Shown here: positions 43,001 to 55,000 of the stretch, piece by piece
Layout: every line of letters starts with the position of its first letter
How positions within the stretch are numbered: position 1 is the first letter of the stretch
From: Phoronis australis
Lineage: Eukaryota > Animalia > Phoronida
NCBI GenBank assembly: GCA_002633005.1
Contig: NMRA01000306.1
Coordinates: 188,599 to 252,598 of the forward strand
Direction of reading: 5' to 3'
Length of the DNA stretch: 64,000 nucleotides
Notes under the pieces: model-generated
Told to the model about the DNA's origin: nothing
Databases searched by the model: none
The model's input: the letters and a program-made list of their open reading frames with translations, nothing else
Position numbers and translations under genes: made by a program

Positions 43001-46000
43001 GGTCGTGCCAACGCCAACGAATTCGTCAAATCAATGGAGATCTTTGTTTCTCTTGATGGTGTCACTTTTAGATGTATTGAAGATGAGGCTACAGGCCTTT
43101 GCGCTGAGGTTTGTTTGATTAGCCTGTTTCCAAGTGTTGAGCTACTGTCGAGTAACTATTTTTAGAATATCTGGATTGAATGGATACCGATATCGCCCAA
43201 AATGAAATTAATAGCCCTAAAAAGTTGCATAAGTAAGGCGTACCAGAACCTAAGGCGACATAAAAAGTAACGTAACCTAAGCGATCATTCTACTCCATAC
43301 TTCTTGAGTGCTGTTACAAAATTAACGTACTCAAAATTAAACACACGTTTGGAGTCAACTTTGAAGTACAGTTGCTCCATTACAGATCATAAGACATGTC
43401 AGAGTTTGTCAGGTGATTACGTCATCCAAAATCATAAGGGTCCCGTCGACTCCGGTGGCATTTATTCGTCCCCATGATTCGTATGGCAATATAGAATGCT
43501 CCGTCCCCTAAGAACACCTGTCTTCTACTTTACACTTACATGCTTTATGAATATATGGGTTTTTAGATATGATGCATATAATCACAGATAGTCTGTCATT
43601 CCTCAATAGTTTCCGGGAAATAGTCAGTATTTACAAGGTGTTGACCAAGTATTCCGGAGAAGGACTCGTGTCATCAGAGTGCGACCTCTCACTTATCAAA
43701 GCAGGAAAGCACTTCGACTGGAAGTTTATGTAATCAAAGACGGTGAGTTTTATTTGGCAAAGTTTCTTGAGTGACATATAAGTAAATGTTGCCATGCTGT
43801 TTGCATGATAAACACTCTGGCCTTTGGCCTATATATATCTGTTTTCATGATTAATTAACACATTATTGGACAAAGGTCAATCAGAAAGACGGGCAAGGTC
43901 ATCGTCTTGACGTGTAAGGCACCAACACACACGCTATATTCTAAGTTTGACTGTGATTTCAACAAGTTGAGGCTACTTAAAATGTACAGTACGTATCTTC
44001 CCAAACCTTGCCTCTACATGTAATTTCATAGTGACAACTCCCGCACTTGTGACAGAGTCTGCTATGAAAACCTTGATTCTTTTTAACAAATAGTCGTATG
44101 TGTTGTACCTTACGCCTTGGTCCGAAATGTGTTCATGTAGAATTGTCAGGGTTCCTGCGTTTAAAATAAATGTATACATGCGAACAAACATATATTTGTA
44201 TTTCAACACCATGATCCCTTGAAACAATCCGAAGACGATGTATCCATTTTCAGCTGCACCCTCAAGCAGTGCTTTAAGTCTGAGGAATCTACCAGACGAG
44301 GCATTCACAGCGACCAGATACTAGAAATTTCTTTAGATAATCCGAACATTCTCACTTATTTTCAGCCGTACCCTCAAGTAATGCTTTAAGTTTGTCGGAT
44401 CTACCAGATGAGTCATTCACTGCGACCAGATCCTACCAACACCACGTGATGCCTAAATACGCCAAGTTTTCCCTCAACAATGCCTGGTGTACTCTTATCG
44501 ATGACCCAGAAGATTACTTCCAAGTAGATTTGGGTTACGAGTGGATAGTTGAGAAAACTGTGACCAAGGTAATGCTCAACTGATGTTCATCAGTGTCTTT
44601 ATATGGTTTTGCCCTAAGTTATTTCCGTCACTAGTCTTTGCAGCATTAGCACCTTTCATAAACGGTGAACAGGCAACCCAGGCAAAATTTGCCTTAATTG
44701 TACAGTGTCCCAAAGTAACTTATTCTGTTTGAAATGGACTGTATTCTAGCTCAGACGTCGATTAGGTTTCAGTGCCCAACTCGTTAGTCATGGTTGCTGA
44801 ACTACGGTCAATAGCAGAAATGTAGTTTTAAAATTTGGTTAAAAATTTTGAGAGTTGCCTGCCCTGCAAAGAGCTGTTTTGATTAACAATTTCAGACAAC
44901 CTGGTCGCAGCTTATACTTGCTTCTACTGGTATGGAAGCATGATAATACATGTTGGAATCCCGTTACCATGGGAATATTTGTAATCCTCAAACCTTGACA
45001 AGTAAAAGTAAACGTAAACAGAGCAAATTGTGTCGTGTCAGCAGAATGCCCGGCATTAGTTTTTATGTAACATGGGAATAAATGGCAGACTGAATTGCAC
45101 AAGATGCGTGTCTTATGTTGTAAATCTTCTTGTCAGAATATAGTCCGACAGTATTTTTAGTTGTATTGTTTTGTTTTGTTATTCTGTTTGATTGGCATGA
45201 CCCCTGAGTTAAGAACAGTGATGATGTAATTTGTTTACTACAAAATAGTGTGGAACTTTCTAGAAGACTCTAGCATGACAGTGATTAATGCAGTCTGGAA
45301 TATTCTAGAGACTAGTATGTGTTTGTAGAATGGTTGGGTAGATTCAGGAAAGTTCTAAAATGTGCTTGAATTGATGAAAAGTTCCAAAACGATGCATTAG
45401 GCTATAAATACATGAACACGGGTTTGTGTTAATCAGATCAAGTCAGTTCAAGAAAGTTAATCAGGGGAATTACAGTTGAGTTGCAGTGAAGAGAATCAGC
45501 AGTTACAGCGATAGTCAATAGAGAGCCAGCTATAGAGACAGCAGGTTATTGAATCGACCAGTGTAACATTTGCTGAGCGTGTCTCAGAAGTTCATCAGAA
45601 GTTTATTTATTTATTTATTATTATGATATTTAAAATGAGGGTGGCCTCTTCAGTGATAGCACTGCTTTCCAAGAGGGCCCTCAACAAGTCAAGGCTTCGC
45701 AGCATTGGCTGGGGCATAAACAGGCATTACGTCGGACGTTTTGTTTGAGTAGGCTTGTGAACGTACGGTCGGGATTAATAAAGGATTAACTCGGAGTAGC
45801 ACATCAACAGAAAAAATGTTTTCTTTTAATTTTCTCTATGGGCGAGTCTGTATTCAACCAAGGGCTAAAAACTGTTTCAATAATTAAAATTAGAACTGAG
45901 TAGCAGTGCATATTCCCGAAAATAGAGAACATGAAGGATTTGGTTTTCAACTTTTAAAATTTTGTAACTAAAGAAAGGTACGTCCACAGCCAAACCAAGG

Positions 46001-49000
46001 TAATAATAACACGGCCAACTTTAATTTCATGTACATGTAAATGTTAATATGAAATCTCAATTTAAAACAACTGTTACAGTTTTCTACAGTATCATTTCGT
46101 TTTTGTTTTATTCAAAATTTGAGTTTGTTCATCAAAATCAAAACAGTCATAGTTTTGGTAGTACTCAGGCAAAAGTAGAACGTCTTAAAGAACAATTCCA
46201 TTTTAAGTGAGCGGTACTAAAGGGCAGTATCGGAATGTCGCAAATTGAATTCAGTCAAATTTGGACATACATAACTTCAAAGAGGAATGGAAGGCGACAA
46301 CTCGGGAAAATGCTTTAAGCGGATCTTGGCGAACCTACTTCTGAGGATGGTAACGTGAGATTTATTCACTTCGAATGTTGCTATAATTTCTACACAAATT
46401 GTCAGATCCACTATTTTCGAAACACCGACGAAATATACACTCTTTCTTCCCAATAGTTTTAAACTCTAAGCGCCCAATAATGTATATGCGCGCATGCGCT
46501 CAAAGAAGTTAAACTGGCTGCTGCTTGAAATCGAATAAGGTCGTAGTTTGCCGTGTGGGGAAGAAAATTGACGAAGTGACAAGAATTTGACGGATGTTTT
46601 TAAATTTGAAACTAAAGGAAAAAACCTTTGACATCAATGGAAATTCAAAGTCTTTATGAAGAAATCGCTAAAATACCTGGTGAATAGTATGAGCTCTGTT
46701 TCAGTGATAACAAAACCACTTTAGAATAATGGAATTTAGTGAGTTTTTCACGGTCTCTGGTACTTTGATGTTTTACAGGGTTACCAATCCGCCAATCACT
46801 GGACCACCAGCATGATGATCTATACATCCGTGGATGGGGAATCTTTTACTTGTGTTTCTGAACATATGAATGAGACCTGCACGGTTGTAAGTGAAAAGTT
46901 TTGAGGTATTTGATAAGCATGGTGGACACTAATGATGCTTCAGAAAAAAATGTGTTGACCCATTTAATATCACGTACAAAGGGGTATAAAGGACTTTATT
47001 TCTTAGCGCACTGACCTTTTGTGTACAAGGCGGTTTGCCGCTGAACAGTGACGTACAGGAATGCTACGAAAACGGTTCCATATTTTGAAAAAACATTTTC
47101 TTAATTTCTACTAAAAGAAGCTTTTCTCGCTAATTTTTTCAGAGTTGTGGCTTCATCGTTTATGAGCAAACAGTCTGGGATTTCCTTACACTGTTGGCTA
47201 TCAACGCTGACAATTAGGAGATAAATAACTGTTAAAGCAAATGCGGATTCCCTGTCAATTCTTCTTAACTTCAGCCCTGCAGTACTTGGAACCATAGAAA
47301 ACATGTCGCAAGGCCAGAATGATACCATGCTTTTCATAGTTTACCAGTTCTTTCATCTACTGGGACTCATCTCATCTCATCTCATCTCATCTCATCTAGG
47401 CGTTGTCCATCCACTGCAGGATGTAGCCCTCCGACAATGCCTTCCAACGTGTTCTGTCTCTTGCTGCTCTCATCCATGTTGTGTCAATCGTTTTCACGAT
47501 GTCATCTCTCCATCTGGCTTGGGGCCGTCCTCTGAATCTCTTTCCATATCTGGGTTGCCACTCTGTGCATCTTTTTGTCCATCTGTTGTCCTGAACTCTG
47601 GCCACGTGTCCGCCCCACCTCCATTTCAATTTCAGAATTGTCTTGATTATGTCCATGACTCTTGTTTGTTCACTTATCTCTGTGTGTGGAATCCTGTCTA
47701 GTAATTTTATGACAAGCATTTTTCTCTCCATTGCTCTCTGTGTTGTTCTTAGCTTGGCAATTGTCTGTTTTTTAAGGGACTGCCTCCTTAAAATTAACCA
47801 GGAGAGTGGGTTCATTACTGCTCATGTAAAATGTTGATTTTTAGTGCCAAAAAGGTTTAAGCGATCATTTAACACCCCTACTCGCATACGTGGGGTCCGC
47901 ATGGACATGTTCATAATATCGTAATACGTGGCAATGCAATTATTCGAACTTGCGGTAAGTTGACTTTCAGTATCATACATGTAGTGGCTAAGGAAGGGAT
48001 CTTGGATGTTATCGGTACGAGTTGTCGTTCAACGGTACATAAATCACTTCTTTTGCGTAATTACATACATGTAGGAAGTGCTGCAAGAATCCATCTCAGG
48101 TCATGTGTAAACGAGTACATTGTACGAAATTCTCGAAGAACAGTTTTGTTGCTAACGGCGACTTAGTTTTGTTAAATTCCACTCGAATTGCAGTTTGATG
48201 GCAACGTTAATTACCAAACACCGGTTGAGCAAGCATTTCCTACACGACAGCGGTGGCGTTACATCAGAGTACAGCCAGTAGGATGGGTTAGCAACTTAAA
48301 ATGTTTGAAACTGGAAGTGTATGTCTATCCATATGGTGAGTTTGTGTGTTACAAACGCTTTTAGAGACACGCTGCCGTAGACACATGACGGGCATGTAGA
48401 ATACGTCAAACGTCGGTGCTGTAGGTCTAGCATTCGTTGGAAAATCGTGAACATTTGGAAAACAATGCGAAAGTATTGCGTACTTTCGTTTTCTTGAGTG
48501 GTGCAAGTGCGTGGTTCTTAAAAATTAACAGTTATGTGGTCATCAGAGTTTGTTACTATGACAATCTGCTGGAGTTGCGGCTGGAGTAGCAAATGTTCGG
48601 GCATGCTGGAGAAGGTTCTTTAATTAGACATATTTTTCCCACTTTCTGTTTTAGTTTATGCAATTAGCACTAGCATCTCTACCATTGCTTCAGTACATCA
48701 CTTCTAGGAAACAATCATGTCGGTCAAGATCTTTTTTCTTAGTTCACGAGTACACCACTTACGGGCACTGGAGCTCATGGAACGAATGGTCGTCGTGTAG
48801 CTGCAGCGAAATTATCACCACACGTCGTAGAGAGCGACAGTGTACAAACCCTGAGCCCTTGGCTGGGAGATTTTGTCTTGGAATGCCATACGAAATATCA
48901 AAGTGTCCAGGTAAGCTGAAATTCATCAGCATCTAAGAAGATATCGTAGAGAGAGATTTGACATTGATGGCTACTAGTACTGTATCCGTCTTGGGCCTTG

Positions 49001-52000
49001 ACATTTATGGCTACTAGTACTGTATCCGTCTTGGGCCTTGACATTTATGGCTACTAGTACTGTATCCGTCTTGGGCCTTGACTTGTGTGAAGAAGCGGTA
49101 ATTAAATGAAATCGACAATCTTATTTTTTGAGAATTCACGTGTACCTACCTGTACATATATTGTATATTATATGCAGGTATTTGCGCTCAATCGAAGTTG
49201 CATTTATATCCGGTAAGGCCATGTACATTTGTCTAACCTATTACGTTCCAGATATAGGCGCACCCCATTTATTTCTTGTTTTCTCAGCTCCTTGGCTTTA
49301 GTGAGGAATCTTGCGAATGGTATAGGCTCGCATACTCCTAGAAGTACCGCACGCGCATTTAGTTTAAAAAACGTGTTTGTGTTGACGTTTTCACTGGTTT
49401 TGCTAGGAGTGTTATTGATTTGGATCAAGCAGATACTTTATTTTCCTCCAAACCTTATTCGCTGTTCAGGTGAGGTTGACAGAATAATGTTCTAGTTTTG
49501 TTCATCCTTTGTCAATATGAAAACATAAGATCTAAATTTTGAACAGTTAGTCGCTGATCGGGACTACTGAATAATACAACTTCACACGTGAACTAAACTG
49601 AACGTCTTACATATATCTAAATTATGATCTGGGAAAACGTTGTCAAACCAAATTACGGAAAATATTTCGCAGCGTCACGATTATGGGCTTTTGTCGACGA
49701 CAGTGCGCGTGTCTGTATCCACAGAAATGCATGCACAAGAGGACTCCTACCTACACTTACATGTACGGTATAAGCGAAGCCAATAATTTTCTTTGTAAAA
49801 ACTATTATTTTGTACATAATATACGCAAGATGTCCGGTGCAAACGTTTTTTAAATATCTGATATGTTTTTCTGATGCTTCATGTTTCAGGTACAGATGAA
49901 TATGAGTACTGTCACGACATGCAGAGGAGAGACATTTTCGCTGACACACGTAAGTTGTTTGGATTCGGATTCACAGGGAACAACTCTATAGACTATTTTT
50001 AATTGCTCAATGTTTATTTATTCATTTATGTATTATTTATCATTTATTTATTAATGTAATATTTACAATGAGGGTAGCCCCATCAGTTCACACTGCTTTC
50101 CATCACTATCACAAATGAAAGGTACTTTTATCTTTCTCGTTTGTTTTAAAGTACGATCAAAGGCAGATGAGTTTAATACTTGACATTTTTCAGAATTTTG
50201 TGACCTGTCGGTTGGCTCCCAGTTTCACGTCGTGTCTCTCGGAGGTCGATACATTGAAGGTCATAATCTGAGTACTCAGCATAACGTCACCAGTGACACT
50301 GAATGCGCACGTTCGTGTATGGCAGATCCCGGATGTAAGTCTGCAGACTATTCAAAATCTTCATTGCGCTGCATGTTCAAGAGCTCAACGTGGAACGACA
50401 CCAGTTTATTTTTCTTTGAAGAAGGTTCGATGAGTGACATGACCCACTTAGAGATGGGTTGTAGAACAGGTAAGACATTTATCTTAGTCAGAAATGTTAT
50501 TATCCACCTTGTACTTATGTTTGCCTTACGAACGTTGGCCATTTGCGCCGATAAATCTTCGTGTTTACAAAGTTGGAGCACAAGTGAACCGACTTGTTGA
50601 CCAGAATGTGCTTGTTGAAGCCTTTTCTATACACTTCATGTGTTACTTACTACTTTCGCACACGGCAGTTGCGACCTTTACCTACACCCGGTAACTGTCG
50701 TATGCAATATGACTGAAGTTATTTTAAAAGCAACCATAAATAAAACTTTCTCTACACTCTCATATTGTGGTATACAATTTGTTTATTACATAGTTGTGTG
50801 CGACAGTTGCACTGTGTTACTCTATTACCTTCAGCGTAAGTGTCTTATGAAACATATTGAGTAATTTTTCTCATTAGCCAATATTCGAAACTGAAAAAAA
50901 AGTACCACCTAGACCAAAATCATACCGCTAGGAGCAAATGTCTCATACGGAAACATCCCAACCGCATTTTTAGTCATGCCTGCGGAATAGAACGGGGAAA
51001 TAAGGGTAAGTCAAGTGGAAAAGCACAAAATTATTCGATATGTAAATTTCTCCTCGTGCATCAAAAAGTAGGAAGACCCTACCAAAAACGGGGCAGTTGA
51101 AAAGTTTTCTTCTCTGTGCATACCAATTCTTTCGTGTTGATCACGTGACAATGTACATGTACGTCTCAATTATAAATGATGACTGATACATGTATGAATG
51201 CCTAGGCTTTTAAAAGTTGGCATTACTAATTAGATATTCGAGCCGTTGACAAAAACCATGTACTTACCATGATCTCCCTTTTATCCGTTGCAGAAAAGTG
51301 CCCACCCGGGTGGCTGAGCGTTGACGGGTCCAGTTGCTATTCAGTTTCAACACAAAAGTTAACTATGGCAGACGCGTCGAAGTATTGTGACCGCCGCAAC
51401 AGTCACGTTGTATACGTAAAGGATAATGCAGAGAAAACCTTGCTAAACACGTGGACTTCTATGTAAGCCTCTCGATACCTTTCACACATCTTTTTGATAA
51501 AAATCCACCATTGAAGCATTATAAAAAACGAGCCAATTCTTACATTCGTTCACGTTACTTGATTAATATCTCCGCTTTTCGTTTAAATAAACATTTTGTT
51601 ATGAGTCAAAACAGCGAAATGAGCGCAACGGGCTTTGAGCTTAGAAATCGACAATTCTAACGTTATACACGCTCCTCGTGGAATTAACCAATGCTTATTT
51701 ATATTCTAAGTGCTTCTGGGGAGTTTGACGTGACTGTTGGGGACTTCTGGCTGCTGACGGGTCCTACGTCTGACATCTACGAGTGGAAAATCGCTGTTGA
51801 AAACGTTTACAACTACACAAGTCTCAATTCGGAATGCTTCAAGTTGAATTGCAACGGCAAGGAATGTGAATTCAGTGAAGAAAATTGTAACAATACACTG
51901 CATGTTGTGTGTGAAATGATCTCACCAGGTACGACATGTTGCGACACAACTCAAAGAAACTGAGAAAAACATATAAGTGACTGTTTGTGACCCTTAATGA

Positions 52001-55000
52001 TAAAATGACGAAGTGAGCGTGTGTTTGTAAGCCCTCCGTATTTTATATCATTGTTGTTCAAAACTTTCAACTCCTCTTATTCTGATTTGCCCAACACGCA
52101 GTATTTTATATCTTGAGTCACTTACGATTTAGAAGAGGAAGATGGCTTTCTTACGAGTTTGAGTGTTGAGATCTCGCAAAATAACGAAGATTTCAGTAGT
52201 GACTAGAAATCCATTAATTAAAGTAATCTCGAATACGGTTGCAACCACATGCAAGCGTACACCATCAAAAATCACAATCTGTAAAGTGGTTGGCCCGTGA
52301 GCCAAGAATTTAAAATTAGGGGTAGGGTGAGAACTTTATGTAAGAGCATAATGTTCGTTCCATAAGCCTTGGGATTTCATGTCAAATGTTTTGGACGTGG
52401 TTCGTTTTAACGGAACGTATTTCGTAATTCCAAAATGTCTGATGACGCGACGTTTTTCCGCGTGGTAATCCATTCTCCCATATTCTTTGCACATCGCATT
52501 TGCTGAGTATTGCTTTATGAATATTGGTTTTGTCCTTTTTGCACAGTTGATGGATACGGCGAGGTTTTAAGTTTACAAGACCTACCAAATAGCGCCTTCT
52601 CTGCAAGTCGAATATACCATTCAAATTACGCATCCCACTATCTGAAGTTTAACAGCGGACGATCCTGGTTCCCACCTAACGCTGTTGACCCGGATGATTA
52701 CGTTCAAGTGGATCTAGGTTCACCGTACATTGTCTCAAGGACAAGAAGCTGGGTAAATTGTCTCGGTACTTTGTATGGGTACTCAACTGGTCAAATCTAC
52801 ATTCCCCAAAGAATGATCTCTATGGAGGCCAGATTGCCATCAGTGACACTCTAGCATTCAGCTCAACATAATTTTATCCACCTCATTATGGTTGTACTTG
52901 GGGAGCAATATTTCCGATATGCAGAATTGATAAAAAACACGACACTTTTCGTTATTGACGGTCTTTATTCCGTTTCGTTCATATGTACGGAATAAAACTT
53001 TACTCTCAACGGAACATAGATGAAGTAACTGAACTGGCGACATACATGTAATTAAAAGGTACACGATATTTCGAAACATACTTGCTTCATTCTCAAGTGG
53101 ATATAAAATGACGCAGTAATGCCACCGTAGAGTATAAACTGGAGACATACACAGTGGCACCCCCTTCATTTGTCATTCTTTGCAGTATTTCACACCTGCC
53201 GTGTCCTACTGTGTATGTCTGCAGCTTAAGGTGACATTACTGGGTCATTTTATATCCACTTGAGAATGAAAAAAGAATGTTTCGAAAGGTCGTGTACCTT
53301 TTAATTATGTCGCTATGTCAGTTACTTCATCCATTTTCCGTTGAGAGCAGAGATTTATTCCGAACACATGAACAAAACGGAATAAAGACTCTCAAAAGTG
53401 TCGTGTGTTTAATCAATTCACCTCACTATAAAGAATGTCAGGATTAGTATAACGTCCGTGCTACAATAGAGAACATTGATGTCCCTTTTTTAGAACGCTC
53501 CTTTGCAGTTTGACCTATTCTCCTAATTGTCATGCGGGCCACGGTGCCACTATGCATCGTTGGATCTCTACAAGGATAGTATGGATGTTTAAGTTTAGAG
53601 ATCGTTGGTAACCTACAAGATGGTTTCCGTAAAAAAACTGTCTGTCATCTATTAACAGTCCTGCAGAGGTCTAATGCTGTACACAGGCTCAACTGCCCTT
53701 GTTGTCAGTTTTCTAAAAGTGACAATAGTGCCCTCTGTTTTCAATGCATCGTAATGGGGTATGTAATGCATGAAACTATAATCCTACCATTCTTCATAGT
53801 GATGAGAAAAAGTTTAGATTGACCGTCGATCAGAGAGTAATTGTTGAGGTGAATGCTAGGGCGTCGCAGAACTATATGAGATTGTCACGCGCCCGCAAAC
53901 ACTTTCTTGCTGTAGACGCATTCTACTCCACAGGTACCTATGATCACTAATTGCCCCAAGCAACTCAGTTTGTACAGCAGCTGTGCAAAGTGCCGTTTAC
54001 ACTACAAAAGTTGACACGGATCAGCTGACACGGAACAAGTTGTTCCAGCGCAAACATGTGTAAACAGGACTGACACGGAGCAAATTGACACGGCGGTGAA
54101 CTTTTGCCACCCCGGCGTTTTTGAGGTAGAGCAATTTGCGCTCGATCATCTTGCTCCGTGTCAATTATGAGTCTAAACGCGAAACTCAGGGGCTAGGGGT
54201 AAAGAATCATCTCTACTGTGCTTGTGTAATGACCTAAATACTGGTTCTCTGTCTCTTAACTCCCGTCATTTGTAAACCTGTGCATGTGTGATCCACTCTC
54301 CAGCCTACAATTTCTGTCTTGCCACAGTTAGTGAGTTATGTGTGTAAACGGCCGATTGACACCGATCAATGTACTCCGGGTCAGCTGCGCCGGGCCAAAA
54401 GTTGATGTTTAAATGAGACTTTGCTGATAGTTCTGCAAACGTGGGATCACTAATGCTTACCAATCGTTTAGTTCAGGCTCAGATATATAAAACAAAGGTT
54501 CAGGTTAACATTTACTTCCCGATGAGAGGACATTATAGCTGTGGGAAGCAACGAAAGAAAGTCCTTTGACTGATTCATTTGAAAGTGCAATGCCTGTATG
54601 TATTGTAGAATCAATTATTGTGCTGGACGTCCCTTTCGGTCGTGATAAACTTTCTTTCATTCTAGGGCCGCACATCTCACAACGAATACGTTAAGTCAAT
54701 GGAGATCTACCTTTCATTGGATGGCGTCACATTCACGTGCGTCAAAGACGAGGTTACACGTCTCTGCACTAAGGTTTGTGTTTGTCTGTGGAACACTTTA
54801 CGATATCAAGTAGTACATATATTGTAAAAGTAGAAGGATAATGAATTCTGAAGATGCGCTAGCTTTGTCACTACTAGTCTGCCGTGATCGCTTTTTATGT
54901 CGAATTTTTAAGAGATACATTCATAACAAAGCGACCTGTAGAGTGACCAAAATCAAACCTTCGGACTCCAAAAAGCTATTCGGATTTTGTGATTACGTAC

